The notes under the pieces are model-generated. The model was not told where the DNA came from and ran no database searches. It was given only the letters and a program-made list of their open reading frames with translations. 64,000 bases of DNA from Cycas panzhihuaensis. Its lineage: Eukaryota; Plantae; Cycadophyta. Positions 25,290 to 40,655 of this stretch are shown one piece after another. The DNA is taken from assembly GCA_023213395.1 (NCBI GenBank), contig CM041465.1:113839741-113903740 (forward strand), written 5' to 3'. Both the position numbers and the translations under genes were made by a program. The number at the start of each line of letters is the position of its first letter. Position 1 is the first letter of the stretch.

Positions 25290-27236
25290 AAACAAATATA
25301 CATGACCATCCACTTCATGAGCTTGGATTGAAGAATCAACTAAATGAGGAAATGTTATACTATAGACTTAAAGGGAAGATTATCTTCCTCAATAAATATC
25401 TACACCCTCTAAGCTAGGTAATATAATGGTTAACAATATGTCCCTATTAAAAAATCTAATTAAGGATGGAGAAAATATGAGAGAGAAAGATATTTATTTG
25501 GATTGTTAGAGAATAGAAATTTATTAAATTTAAACAAGTGATTTGCTAATGCAAAAGAAAGTAAGAATTGCCATGATAAATATATGTATAATTATAAATT
25601 ACTAGCCACTCACAAGACTTCTTGAAATTGTAGTTCCTTCATTTCATCTATATATAGATATTAGCTAAATATTTAAATAATAATATAGAGCCTACACACA
25701 ATGAAAGGAATAGAATTCTAACAAATATTCAATAAATTTTAGAAATACAAGTGAAGTAGTTCCTAAGGAAAGGTGGTCAAGTTGATGTATCTTCTATTAA
25801 GAAGGAAAGGACTCTCAAGAGACCAAATCTTGAAAAGCATTTGATAATGCAAGAATTCAAATATGTATTCCTAGATGAGCTACTAGGATTACCTCTTAAG
25901 TAGGATGTGCACTATATAATTAAACTTATTCTAGGAGTGGAAGCACGTTTCCAAGGACCATATCATTATCCTTAGACTACTAGATTTAGTTGAACTAAAA
26001 TATAACAATAAGATCTACTCAATAAAGGTCTTATTAAGCCTAATATTTTCTGATCGAAAGTATAAGTTCTATTTATTGAGAAGGAATATAAAAACTTAAG
26101 ATTATGTATCGATTATCAATAATTAAGTAAAGTAATGGTGAATAATAAATAATACTTCACAATATTAAAGACTAATTCAACCAAACAAAGGGATGAAAGT
26201 TATTCACTAAGATAAACTTGAGGTTCAGTTAGTAAGAAGTTAAATTGTTTATATAGGAGGAAGATGTCTTCTAAACTACCATTAGAACAACGTATGGCCA
26301 TTATGAGTTCTTAATAATGCCATTTAGCCTAACTAATATACCTCCAACATTCATGTACTTCATGAATGGTGTGTTTAAAGAGTACTTGAGAAAATTAATC
26401 ACTATCTTTATTGGTGATATATTCATTTATTTAAAGAACAATGAAGAATACAAAGAGAACTTATGTATCATGTTGTAATTCATTGGGGAACATAAGTTAT
26501 ATATAAAGCTAAGCAAATTCAAATTCTATAAGCAGTATTAGGGTTAATGTCCCTCACTTAACTCCCACCTTAAAAACATATGAGTGGACATGTCCTCATG
26601 GTAAGTTAAGGTGAGATTACTTTATTATATATTGTTCTTATTTTAATGTCAAGTCATTATTTTATATTACTTTAAATTTTGGAGGTTGAGGAAGATTCCC
26701 TCCTCCCTCCCAAGTATATATTTTATGGAGTTCGAAACCCTAGTGTTCTTTAATACCACCTTCATCAAAGGATTTTGTGTGTACTCTCTTCAAAGATGGC
26801 TTAATACAATGATGTTTACAATATGTACTATCAATATGACTTGAATGTTACTTTGAATTGTATACTCACCTGCTCCACTCTATTCTCCATACTTTAACAT
26901 GGTATTAGAGCATATTATTCTTGGGCCTCTAACATTATCTTGGAAACCTTTGTGTTGATCTTGGTAACATTTGTAAAAGAGCATCAAGACCTTGACTATA
27001 TTTGGCTTTATTACTTGGCATCAAAGCAATAGATCTTGGCTACATTTGCATTTGTAGATTTTGGACTACATTTAGGGCTAGATCTTAGCTACATGAGCAT
27101 ATTGATCTTCATAACATTGGTATCATAGTTTATGACAAGTAGGATATTGCTTTTATTCAGCCTTTTATAAGATTTGTTGATAGTTTTCATACTATTTTCT
27201 ACTAAAAACTTGATTATTTTGACTTATATGCTCAAA

Positions 27237-27660
27237 ATAATCTATATTCTCTTAGATATATGAAAAACTTGTAGGCATAATCAACCCAACAACTATTTTC
27301 AGCCATTAAATTAGCATTTCAACTAATATTTCTTATGATTTTTATCCTTTTTCACTAACTTTTTAAGGTTTCACAATTAAATAACTTATATTTTCTTAGA
27401 TCTGTGTAGCTTTTATAGCCATAATCACAAATGTTTGGAGCCATTACATTGGCATTTTAATTAATATTTCTCATGATTTTAATCTTATTTCATTAAATTT
27501 TAAAGATTTTATAACAAAATAATCTATATTTTCTTATATCTGTGCAGAGTTTATAGGCATATTGAACCTAACAAATGTTTGGAGCAATTACATTGGTATT
27601 TCAACTAATATTTTTTATGATTTTAATAAATTTCTACTAAACTTTTAAGGTTTTACAAGG
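27237..27660. repeat. Three degenerate tandem copies of a ~140-bp unit in the element B leader
   Basis: Recurrent tatatt..cttagat...gccatta.att.gcatt...taatattt..atgatttt. Confidence 0.8.
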
Positions 27661-30101
27661 AAGTTAGATTTTTATAGGCTGATGCGCTCTCCATGGTGAT
27701 CCAAAGCATATTGAGCAACCACTCATTTCAAAGTTCTTTGAGTTAGCTCTACAACAGATTCAGCAGATTTGAAAATCGTTACTCCTACGAGGAGATATCT
27801 CTCTTGAAACCTTGGTTACTCAGTTTTGGTAGTAAAACCCCACTGCTCTTCTTTTATTTGCTTATTTTTCTCTTGGTTTTTTATTGTTTGACATTTAGGA
27901 TTTAGGTGTAGTCCTGATACGAGCTAATCAAAGCCATCTAAGTTCTCTTTCATATCCTTTATGGGTTGTATGACCTTTAGAGAGATATATGCCCCCCACA
28001 ATTGAAAAAAAAAATATATTTTTGAATCATTTCTCTCCACGTCTTCTATGAAGGATACTTTATAGTCATGTGGCACCCCCTCTCATCCAATCTCAAGTCA
28101 ATTTGCCTCCTTTGTGAGCTATATGAACTCCCTCTATGTATGTGCATCCTCCAAGAGCTCCCTCCATTCACATGGTTTGTTCTTTGTCTATGATAATCTA
28201 TTCACATGAAATTTGAGAGGCATCTAGGTAGTAGCCTCATCTTTCTCTCCCTAAATTTTTGTCTCAATCCATCACTCCAATGAGGAAATTTGATCTAACC
28301 TGTGTTCTCCTCTTTGTGTTTTATCTTTCAAGATCATGGAGAAACTCTTTCCTTTAAACCATTATAGCTCTCTATTTAACTATTAAAACTAGCACTTATG
28401 ACTACTCATTATGTTCGTCTCTAAGTCATGTTGTTAGAGAAAAGATAGATCTCTATTTCATCCATCTGTTTATGAGGTATCTTTATCAGATAACAAGGTA
28501 CTTCACCTGTTTATTAAATTTTGATTTATTTTAGTTTTTTCTAAAGCTTAAGTTTAATTTAATTAAATTTGATCACTTTTGAGTTATAGGTGTGTTATCC
28601 CCCTCTAACTTTATCCCTGGGTCTTATTTTCTCCATACAACCTTCTTTTTTGCATATTTCAAATAACATTAAGCTATATTTTATAATTTTTTATTATTCA
28701 AAAATTATATTTCATATCCAATATAATTTGGATTTTGCTAGCCCCCTTGGGCCTTTAGTGGTTGGTCATATTGACCCCCTAGATGACTAGGGCTTATTGA
28801 TCAAAGAGGCTTAACCCTCTTCCTTCCCTAATTTTATGCCATAAAGAGGACCTTGGACATTTTCTTTAATAACTTGAGCTTTATAGCTCTATTTTATAAA
28901 TTGTTAGAACCATTGAAAAGATTCTTTAGTGCTCTATACATTATAGTAGGTTTTCTCTCATTTTGATGTTATTTTGTAGGTCCTTAAAGCTATTGAAATT
29001 GAGCCTCTATTTCAATTCTAATTATACACATTCTTTGATATTTTGAGCTAAATTTCTCATTCCAACTGAATATATTTGATCATTATCTGTATACTAATTG
29101 ATTATTCATAATATTTACTTGGTTTTATAAGCTTACATATTATTTTTTAGCTCTTTAGTATCAATTTTAGCTTCTTGAAGATCAGGAGTCTTATTTGGAT
29201 CAAAACCACAAATTGGTACTCCTTACTATTACTATTCTTTTTCTTTAACATTCATATTTAAATTTAAAAGTGTTTCTTTAAGCATTTTTGGCTATTTAAG
29301 GCCTTTGATCATCTTTAAAACCTCAAGATTGCACCTAATTTACACATGGATTTATAAAAGATCATCTCTCTATTTCATCTACATTGTTTCAAGAAAATTT
29401 GCTAGAAATTCCATATATCCTAAGGTTGTTGGTTCATTAATTAAAGAAGCATTCTTATTTGCCTTAAAGCCACTAAATTTTTGAAGCTTGGTAAGTGCAT
29501 TTCAGTACATAGTCACAAGTTACTTTTGGCTCTTTTATGATATTAAGGTTCATTTCCTTTAAGCATCTTATTATATTTACATGCATATATCATAGTTCTT
29601 CATTTTAAGTACTTTTATATTCATCATTACTTAAAAATATTATAAGTTTAATATTGATCATCATTTCAAAGTTTTATTGTTTTACATTTAAATATTGAAA
29701 GCTCATATTTTTAGCTTCTCATTGATTCATTTCAAACAAAGTTGTTTACTTTATATTTCAAGGAGCACATTTTAAGATTATTTATATGATTTCTTTGATT
29801 TAAAAAAGGCTTATTTTATGATTGCTTATTCTTAATAAGGAATTGGAATTGAAGGATCATTTTTACTCCATTTTAATTTTAAAAATCATTTCAAGTTGCA
29901 CTTCATTACATTTGGTTATTAGAAGGCACATTGTCCTATTTTGAAGTCTTATGAAAGTTACTTTATAAATATCATTCATTGAATCTAATTTAAAAGGATT
30001 ATTTATCATTTATTTGTCTCATTGTTTAAGGAGATATACATATTTTTTATTACTCATTTCAAGATTGATTTCTCATTAGATGTTATAATTTATTGATTAA
30101 A

Positions 30102-30830
30102 ATGACAATGAATGAAGATAACTTAAGGTTTCCCATATTTGATGGGACTAACTTTCACATTTGGAAATATTTTTTAAAAACCCATCTCATTGCAAATAAT
30201 TTATGGCATTATGTAAGTGATGGTTATCTTGCAAATGAACTTAATTTTAGAAAAAACTTAAAAAAAGATAATGAAGCGTTATCTCTAATCTTTTCTAAAC
30301 TAAATGATGGTGTATTCACTAGTGATGGTGATTTAACTACATTGAAATTAGTTTGAGATACCCTAGACTCACTTTATGGGGGAGAAATTTTAGACTTAAA
30401 TAAATTTCACAATTTTGATGATGTATTTTTTATGAGATAAATGATAGAGTAGGTGTTATTTAATGAAAAGTCTAATATTATATATAATGTTAAAAATTCC
30501 ATTAAGACTAATGATCAGATTGTTATATTTGAGACTATATGCATAATTAACCTAATCAACTCTCCTCAAAAGGGCAAAGTCAACGTTGGAAATAATTTTA
30601 TTTATTTGAAGTCATATCTACACTTGAACCATATTTTAGTGAAGACCACATGAAAAGGATAATGATGTAAACTGTTGACCACTTCAAAGATGATAAAGCT
30701 AAAGGATGTGAGTACAATCACCTTGTCAAAGTATACCTAAAGTACTTGTACCAAAAATTCAAAGAGAAACAAAAGAAGACGTGATAAACATTAAGAGGGA
30801 GTATGTTGGAGTTAATATCCCTCACTTAAC
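30102..30830 (+). pseudogene. Copia gag N-terminal-like ORF of element B with C-terminal extension
   Basis: MTMNEDNLRFPIFDGTNFHIWKYFLKTHLIANNLWHYV...KKDNEALSLIFSKLNDGVF; tail QKFKEKQKK...TLRGSMLEL. Confidence 0.78.
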
Positions 30831-33800
30831 TCCCACCTTAAGAACATGTGCATTCACACATCCTCATGGTAAGTTAAGGTGAGATTATTTTATTATATAT
30901 TGTTATTATTTTAATATTAAGTCATTATTTTATATTACTTTGAATTTTAGAGGTTGAGGAGGATTTCCTCCTTCCTCTCAAGTATATATTTTATGGGGTT
31001 CAAAACCCTGGTGTTCTTCAACACTACCTTCATCGAAGGAATTTGTATGTACTCTCTTCAAATATGAATTAATACAATAATGTTTATAATATTTACTATC
31101 AATATGGCTTAAATGTTACTTTCATTTGTATATTCACCTGCTATGCTGTATTCTCCATACTCTAACAAGGAGAAAGTGCATTATTTTAGTCAAATCAATT
31201 TTCAAACCAAAAGTCTTCAAGGATCCATAAAATATTATAGTCATTATAAATTAACCATCACCCAAGAATACATATGAGGTGCAAAGATTTATAGGTATTA
31301 TAGGTGATTACTAAATATATATATAATTTTTTAATATAATTATAGGTCCTATTACTTATTTGTAAAAGAAGGGTGGTAAATTCCTATAAATAAATTTATA
31401 TAAAGAAGTATTTTAGTTATTAAGGAGGTTGGTCACTACACTCTAATCCTTATTATACTTCATTTAAATTTAGATTTCTTGGTTTATATGGGTACAAGTG
31501 TTGAAAGACTTGGTATGGTCTTAATATAACATGAAAAGGCTCATTCTTATGATTCATGGAAGTTGATGGGTTATAAGGAAAAATGCCCCACTTATAATTT
31601 AGAACTTGTAGTAGTTATGCATGTAGTAAAGATATGAAGAGGTTTTCACTTCATATTATTCATAATAGTCTAAAGATGTATTCTACTAACTATATTTAAA
31701 TATAAGATAACATAAGTAGAAAGAATGTATACATGAGTTTGATTTTCAACCACATTACATCAAAGGAAGAGAAAAAATTAGGAGATGCTTTAAGTTGATA
31801 ATGATATAGTATTTCAGTAGGTATGCATCAATCTAATTTAATTAACTCTGTTTTGAAAGCCTAAGAAAAAGTTAAATGTTATAGTCAAGAAAAGAAAGTC
31901 TTGCAATAACAACAAACTTAAGAGAACATGGATACCAAGTTTTCAAAGAAGTATGTAAATTTTCACGTGATGGAAAATGATATACCAACATTCAAATAAA
32001 AGATATATTTGACACACCATTCAAATATTAAATAATTGATCATCCATAAGGTTCGTGTTACCCTAAATATAGGTCTCCTAGTTATTGCAAAAATTATACA
32101 AGTTATAAAAAAGTAATTATATTAGCTAGGAGTAAAGGGTTATATTATGAGCTTTATCATAAGTTGTTTGACATATGAAAGACTCAAAGATGATCATAAA
32201 TATCTATTGAGTTTATCACATCCATTTGAAATTCTAGAATAAAATTGGAAGATAGTTATCCTATATTTTATTATAACTTTCCCAAAGAACTTCTAATAAT
32301 TTAATTTCATTATAGTAGTAGTATATAAGACGATGAAATTAATACCATTCATTTTGCTTTGCACTAGTTATAATGCATTAGAAATCGCTTATATTTTTAT
32401 TAAGAAAATTGTTAAGTTATAAGGTGTGCTAAAAAATATTATGTTATACAAAGACACAAATTTAATTCTAAATTTCAGTAGTTCACATTTTAAGAGTTAG
32501 GCATAAGATGAAAATTTAGCATGGTATATCATCTAAAATTTAATGGATAAATAAAAAGGATGATTCAAGCCTTAGAAGATTTATTCTAAATATACATGAT
32601 GGAATAACAATCCAACTAGGAGAATTAACTCTCCTTAGATAAATTTACCTATAATAATAACCTTCATTCTTCCATGGGTATGAGTCCTTCGAAGGTATTA
32701 TGTAATAGAAGACATAACACACCTCTCAGTTAACAAAACATAGAGAATAGGTACATGTTGAGTCTAGAAATACTCTATGAAATTAAGAAACAAGTGAATA
32801 GCATTATATAATAAGTAAAGATAACTCAAGATAGATAAAAGAGCTATGTATATCTAAAAGCAATAACAAAGGAGTTTTGAGTTAGTGATCATGTGTTCCT
32901 ACAAGTGAGGCCCATGCATAGCTCACCCAACTTATGCTTATACAAAAAATTCTCACTAAGGTACTACGCTTTATTTGAAATTTTAGATCAAGTCTACCAA
33001 ATTATTTATAAATATATTCTACCTCTAAATCTTCAAATTCATAATATGTTTTAACATTTTATTATTAATAAAATATGTGTTAAGCTCAAAGTATATATTT
33101 AAGTGGACTAACCTTGTTGTTTGACTAAGCCTTAACTTTAAAGAATAATGCATAAAGATCTTAGTTCAAATTGAAAAAGTATTGTGAAGTAAGAGCATAA
33201 AGTAAATAAAAATATAATACAAGCACTCAACACTAGAATGAAGCATGTATAAGCTAAAAAGTAATATGCAACAATAGTACTTATAATTATTTGCACAATG
33301 TTAAAGATACATCAGGGATGATGCTTCTATGAAGGGTAGGAAGATGTAAAGACTTAATCCCAACTTGATCTATTACCCTTCCTAGTCAAGTTACTTGGCA
33401 ATTATGTATGTAAATTATCTTAATTTCATAACTTTATTTATCTTATGTAAGATGGAATCTTATTTCATGCTCCACCAACTATAAGGACATATCATTTCTA
33501 ATTTACTAGATTAGATAGTCTATTTATGGTGGGTTTTTGCTATATTAGGAGATAAGGTACTTGTCCCTTTCTTATAACATATTGATCGATGAAATTTCTA
33601 TCTTTTTTATTACTTTCATAATACAAAAGCAATTAGATTTCCTATACAAGGAGCACATATAGGAAAGAATGTGATATGAATGAGGGAAAAATGGGGCAAA
33701 ATTATTGTAAGGGAATGGCTACTAAATATTATAAATTTTATGAGATTTTTGGAGTACTATATTTTGTTGTCCAATCTATATTTTCTAAAAAATAAGTTTT

Positions 33801-36299
33801 CCAACTTGAAGAGGGCACTTCTAGATTTAACACAAGTGGTGGAAGTCCTATAATAAGTAATAGAAGAAAAATATATAGAAGTAAGAAGCTGCAAAAATTT
33901 TCTTCCCTTCAATGGTGATAAAAATATAAAGGAGGAAAATATTATACAGTATTTCTCTTCATACTAGTAAGAATTATAAATGAGAAGCATATGGCCAGTT
34001 GTATATTATCTTGATACTTTTAAAATAAGAGGTGGAAGTGTCAAAATATATAACATATAAGAATGTTATGACAGATTCAATTTATAGGGTTTGAACCTCA
34101 ATATTTACAAAATTGAAAAAAACCATTAAGGTAATAACTTCGAAGGTCATATCCTCTATGATGAAGATCATGTTAAAATCTTTCTAATAATTAATAAAAT
34201 CAAGAATCATACATAATATGATAAATTTATAGTTGTTTGAGGTTAATCATTTTCATGTAGAGATAGTTATATTGAAACTTTTGTGTTAAGACTTATCATA
34301 TTGATATTTTCTTTATTATTTTTTTAATTTCAAACTTCATTCATGACTATGTAAGCCTTGTCGTAAGGAATAAACCTCTAAAAGAAAACATTACTTCTCT
34401 AGAATATCCATAACTCTCTCAACACTTAGTTATTTTTTACAGTCCACCTATTTATGCAAAGCAATTTTATTATCCAAATATATCTAAGGTGTCATTTTTA
34501 CTTTTACTATTAAATATACTTAGTCAAGTGAAAACTCATATATAAATAACCATCTACATTTTAGTAATACCTCATTTATTTAAAAATAAATTTTGATAAT
34601 TCAAGTTACACTAGAATCCTTATTTAGAGGAATTGATTTTCACGTAAAGAAATGCATGCATAAGGACATGTGATATGTGGCTATTGTCTTGAAATATTAA
34701 AAAGTGTTGTATGGTAGTGTGAAATACAATTGATATAGTTCAATAGTTTTAGTCATAACTTTCTTATATATCCATGAAATTCTATCGAAATGATCTAGTT
34801 GGATTCATATTGAAAGAAAGTATTTAATTAGATAAGTGGAGGTCACTATGGGACACCCTATATAAAGATACTTTTACTAGATGGACCTAAAGTAAGTCGA
34901 TGTTGCTCCAATATTAATAACCACAAACACTATTATAGCCATTACAAACTAGATTGTATCACATAGACTTAATGGCTTTAATAATAAAGCACATAAACAC
35001 CCTATTAAGGAGAGTAGTCTAAATAGTAGAGTGAAGGATATTAAGGCCATTACAAGAAAAGAAAAATACTAATAGAAGAAGGAAAGTAGGAGGTTTTAGA
35101 AGTATGGAAGTTGGATTAAGGTGGGAATGCAACCTAGGAGATTTCAAGAGAATTAGACTTAGAATTAGATTTAAACTTTTGAAGATGACATGAATGGGAG
35201 ATGCTTAGAACTAATTAAAATGCTCTTACAAATTATCCATAACAAAATCAAGAGATATATTAAGATAAGTAGAGAAAATACCACTCTTGATTTGATAGAA
35301 ATTATTTTAACATTGTTTTATTTTTGGTAAGAAAATGGTTTCAGAGTTTAGCAAAAGGTTGCATGTCATACCTTAGACCTTATTTTAAGCTTTGTATGCT
35401 ATTATCTAGATCATACATAAATCCATACATTCATGTTTTAATTCTAAAGGAGATTATCTAGAATCGTTTACATCTCTTCATGACCACTACCATCACATAT
35501 AATGGACTTTATTTGTAAGTACCATAAACATATATATAATTCATTGCTTTAGTCCTATTAGACTATGCTAGTAGTGATCAACTATAGTTTGAAGGTAGGT
35601 GTCCATACCACATATTAATTACTCCTAGTACTTAGTTTAAGGTACCTTATAATAAATTGGTCTACATGTTCAAAAGGCTAATACAAAGAGAGTAGAGGTT
35701 GCTTGTGTAGATTTAACCGATGCTTAGGAATAATGAATTGTGTATTGGTAATTTTCCTTAAATAGTTTCCAACATAATGCTTCATTCTATAATTGCTACT
35801 TACAAACCATTAAATGGATCAATGCTTCACTTATTCTAGAACTTCACTAAAGAATAAATGCCATTATATAATGTCATTTTAGGAACAAAACAAAAGAGAA
35901 AAATAATCAACAAACTAAAAGGAATAGTATCAAGACATATTTATTGTGGCCATATTTGCTAGCCTGATATAAAATCTATTAAGAATACTAGTGCTTCTTT
36001 GGGCAAAACATATGTGTCAATAAAATGCTAATCATTATAGGAGTTTCATAGTGCTAACCACTTATAAAGCTTGTCATTAGGCCTGACACAAAGGAAATGA
36101 AAGTAAGAAATGTTGTGTGCAAAATATAAAATAATTCATGAGATCAAAAATTACCAAAAATGAAAATATATTAGATTAAATTATCATCCATATTCTCTCT
36201 ACAATGATACTATCCTATGTATATATCTTTTTTTTTCCTATTAATGCATTCATTAGTATTAAGTTAATAGAATGGTTCATAACATCCCTCCCCCTCCCA

Positions 36300-39200
36300 A
36301 AGATTGTGTTGCATCCTTGTAGTGAAAGTTAGGCCATTTCTGAAGAGAAGAGGATGTCTCCCATGTGGCTTCTTCTACTAATAGTCCACTCCATTTGATG
36401 AGATATTTTGTCATGGTGTTATGGCACAACTATTTAGTCTGAGTTTAGAGGACAACTTCTAGAGTGAGATTAATTTGGCCATTTACATCGATAGGGTTAG
36501 GCTTGATACTGGTTTAATTGTGTCTCTAAGTCATTGTTTTAGTCTAAATATGTGGAAGACATTATGAATTCTAGTATCAGATGGTAGGCCTAAAGCATAA
36601 GCAACTTCTCTAATTCATTGAAGTATTTAAAATGGTCTATAATATTGTGGACCTACTTTCAAACCTGAGCATTTCTTTAAGGACGATTATCAATATAACT
36701 AGAGATGTAAATAAACCTAATCCCTAGGTTAGAACAACCTTTCTGTGTGGTGTTTATCTTCTTGTTGTTTCATTCAATTTTGAACTTCATCCAATCTATT
36801 TTCTTGAATCTGTAATATTTCTTCAGATTTTATAGAGATTCATTAAGACTATGAATTGTACCTTCTTTTGTGTACCAATCGATTAGTCTCAAAGGTTTGT
36901 ACCCATATAAGGCTTCAAAGGGGGACATCTTGATGATTATGTGATAAGTGGGATTATACTTACATTCTATAAGATGGAGCTATTGAAGCCATTAGTGTTG
37001 TTGATCCATAACAAAGCTTCGAAAGTATCCTTCAAGAGTTTTATTTATGATCTATGCTTGCCCATTTATCTAGGGATGATAGGCAGTGCTTATTGTTACG
37101 GGTAGTCCCAACCTACTAAAAAAGTTCTTTCCAAAATGTGCTTATGAATCGAGGATCTCTATCACTGATGATGACTCAAGATAACCTATGGATCCTATAA
37201 ATTTTTTGTAGAAAGATTGTTGGAATTTGACTTGTTGTAAATTTATTTGGAATTGCTATAAGATGCACATATTTTATTAGATGATTAACCACTACAAATA
37301 TTGAATCTTTTCCTTCAACCTTCAGTAATCTTATAATAAAACCCATGGAAATACTTTCCCATTTTTTTTTCGGTACTAGAAGAGGTTGAAGGAGTCCTAG
37401 TAAGGCTACATTTTCACTTTTGATTTACTAGCAGGTGTCATAGGCTACAACATATTCTTGAATGTCCTTTTTCATCCCTTTCTAAAAGAATAATTCCTAG
37501 AAATTATTATATGTCTATAAATTCCCCACATGCCCATCTTCAACCAAGTTATGTACTTCTTGTAGTAATTGTGAGTAAATTAGTGAATTGGGGTTCACAA
37601 ATATCTGACCCTTATACCAAAGGAGTCGTTTATAGATAGTCAATCTAGGGTCAAATTTTAGGTTACTTATTCCTTGTAGGTGTCCTTTAGTTGCTAGAAA
37701 TAGCTTATATTCATTTTATAATTGAGTTATCCATGGAGATATAACCATAGATATGGAGTTTAACTCTTCTTTTTATGACAAGACATTAGCTACCACATTC
37801 TCCTTACCTTTTTTATAGACAACTTAGAAATCAAAGGCTTGAATCTTTGTAATCTATCTTTCTTACTATGCCAATAAATTTGGTTGCTTCAACATATATT
37901 TAAGGCTATTATGGTCTGTTCATACTACAAAATGACTCCCAATTAAGTAATGCATCCATTTTGCTAGTGCATGGATAATTTCTAGCATTTCTCTATCATA
38001 AGATGATTTTAATAATTCTACATATTTAAATTTCCTACTCTCAAATGTAACCGAATGACCTTCTTGCACAAGTACAACTCCCAACCCTCTTCTTAAATCA
38101 TCACATTCTAATATAAATGATTTGGAAAAACTAGATGTTTGTAGTATAGGTGCTGAGGTTATCTTCTCTTTTAAATAATTGAAGCTTTCCTATGCATTTG
38201 TTGACTACTAGAATGAACTGCTTTTGAGTAAGTCTATCAAGGGCATAGAGACCTAAGTATAATGCTTAATAAATCTTCTGTAATACCTATAAAGCACTAG
38301 GAATTCTTAAAGCTTGGTGATAATATCTAGGTTTAGCCATTTTGGAATTATGAGAATTTTGCTAGGATCCATGCTAACTCCTTTCTTTGAGATTATGTGC
38401 CCCAAATACTCAATTTCTTTTTGGCCAAAGAAACACTTCTTCCTATTAACATATAACTAATCCTGATCTAATATAGTTAATACTTTGTCCAATAGTTGTA
38501 GATGATTGTCAAGCATGCATTATAAATAAGTATGTCATTAGAAAAGACTAATACCCATTTTCACAACCATTCTTTGAGCACGTCATTCATAAGAGACTAA
38601 AACGTTACTTCTCTTCCCACCTTGAACTCATATAATCATTGATGTGTATGGAATGCAGTCTTATCAATGCCTACCTTCTTGATTCTTATTTAATGATAAC
38701 CCGATTTAAGATTAATCTTAAAGAAGAATTTAGCTCCATGTAATTTGTTTAACAAATCATCAATAATTGGTATTGGGAATAGATTCTTGATTGTCTTCTA
38801 GTTTAATTTTCTATAGTTTATGCACATTAGATATAATCCATCCTTCTTCTTAGCTAATATGACTGGAGATGCAAAGGGACTTTTGCTTGGCTAGATGACT
38901 CCAGTTTTAAGTAACTCCTAAACCTATTGCTTAATAATGGCTTTGTGCATAAATGGATGATGACAAGCTCTAACATTGATTAGAGCAGTCCCTTGTAATA
39001 ACTCAATTGTATGATTAAATGACCTTCATAGTGGTAAACCTAATTTTACATTTCCAACAATTATTAGGTGTCGATCTAGAATGTGTTCTAATTCTAGTTG
39101 AGTGTTAACTAGGGTAGGGTTCCTAATTTTCCCTTTAATATTATTTAGTTATAGTATAAATCCTTCACCCTCTTAGCATAATACCTTTTCTATCTGGTTA

Positions 39201-40655
39201 ATTGAAGTCACTAAGGTAGACAAGGATCATATTCCATTCAAGCGATGTGTTCTCTCTTCATGTGAAAACTCCATGAATAATTCCTCCAAATTTATTTGGA
39301 ATGTACCTAATGTCCTTAACTATTGAACTCCTAGGAGCACATGTGCTCCTCCTAACTTTACACTATAGAGATCTGATATTAGTTCATATGACCCATTATT
39401 AAGTTTAGACTACCTATAGATCCCAATGCAACTTTGTTTATTACCATCTACTACAACAATTGTAAAATTATTTATAGGTCACAGGAATAAATTAAACTTC
39501 TTGGTAGAGCCAGTATCCACAAAGTTGTGTGCACTATCACTTTCAATCAAGATATAAATCTTATAGCCTTTGATTTGACCTTCAACTCATAACATACATG
39601 GTTCTTGAATTCCTAAAATTATTTGTAATGAGATCTTCAGTTGTTCTTCTAAAGGTAGTTCCTCTCCTAGTGACCCAATTGTAGAATAATCCTCTTCTTC
39701 ATTTTGACCCTCTTCCCCTTCTCCTTCTAAAATAATGGAGTATAATTATCTTTGAGGACACCTATGTCCTATTTAGAAAGGGTTTTTACACCAAAAGTAA
39801 ATATTCCTTTTTTGATATTCCTCCATTTCCTCATTAGATATCTTCTTAATTTCTTTTTGATTAGATGTAATGTTGCCCAAGGGAAGATTAGGTCTTAAAC
39901 TATACCTTTGGTTAGCTTTAAGCTACTTAATTATAGAAGGATTAGCCTTGGCTTACATTGGAGGAGGTACATATCTATCTGACTAAGTGAGAGCCTCATT
40001 CTAGGCTTTTGTAAGTCAAGCTTTCTGAATGGCATGATCCAAACTTGAATGTGAGGATGTCTTGAGTTGCATTCATATTACTAGTTGTAGCTTGTCAATG
40101 TATAACTCAATCTTTCTATTATAAGGAATCTTTGGGTCTAACAGTGCTAATTCTTAGAATTTGGTGCTATATTCTAATATCGATCCTATTTGTTGGAGAT
40201 ATATTAATTGAGAAAAATAGTCTTGATCCTACATATTATCAAATCTCAGGTAAAAGGCTTCATAGAACTCATCTCAGCAAATAATATTTCTATTCCTCTT
40301 TTGATCATCCTTCAAATATTGGTACCAATCATAGGTTGCTCCATCCATATGCAAGCCAACAAATTATACATTTTCTATAGTAGTTCGCCCCAGTTGAATG
40401 CTAAAGAGATTATTTAGTTTATAAATCTAGGTGCATAGTAAAATGTCTCCTCCTTTGTGGAATGTTGGAATTTGTATTCTATCATAATAATAATTTCTAT
40501 TGCTACTATAAAATCTTAAGTTAGCTCCTTGTTCTTCCTATTAATATCCTCTCATTGAATTTTTGTAATATATTTGTGGCATATAATGTTAATTTCTCAA
40601 TCTTTTCATCCATCTTGAAGACTTAGTTCTATATCTCAAAGTTGGCTACCATATT
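36300..40655 (-). pseudogene. Chromovirus gag-pol (gag, PR, RT, RH, INT, chromodomain), decayed
   Basis: Protease-like ILIESDSAHNFVD (~39540); SPFASPVILAKKKDGL; SISMGFI; IISDRDPRF; chromodomain KYLIKWSGLLVEEATWE (~36355-36410). Confidence 0.88.

Larger units (their letters stand above)
26536..31167 (+). mobile_element. Non-autonomous gag-only (TR-GAG-like) LTR element B, related to element A
   Basis: 364-bp LTRs 26536-26899 and 30804-31167; PBS tggtattagagc at 26900; PPT aagagggagta; TSD agcag/aggag (4/5). Confidence 0.9.
25850..33344 (+). mobile_element. Highly degenerate Tekay/Del-like Gypsy pol remnant, split by element B; 3' LTR probably starts at 33345, its end not resolved
   Basis: VFLDELLGLP; RTTYGHYEFLIMPFSLTN; KLYIKLSKFKFY resuming as EKVHYF after 31167; integrase remnants at 32100-33050; PPT gaagggtaggaaga followed by TGTAA. 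Confidence 0.75.

Noticed and set aside
35500-36100. Possible very old pol remnant
   Set aside because: Too decayed to support any motif
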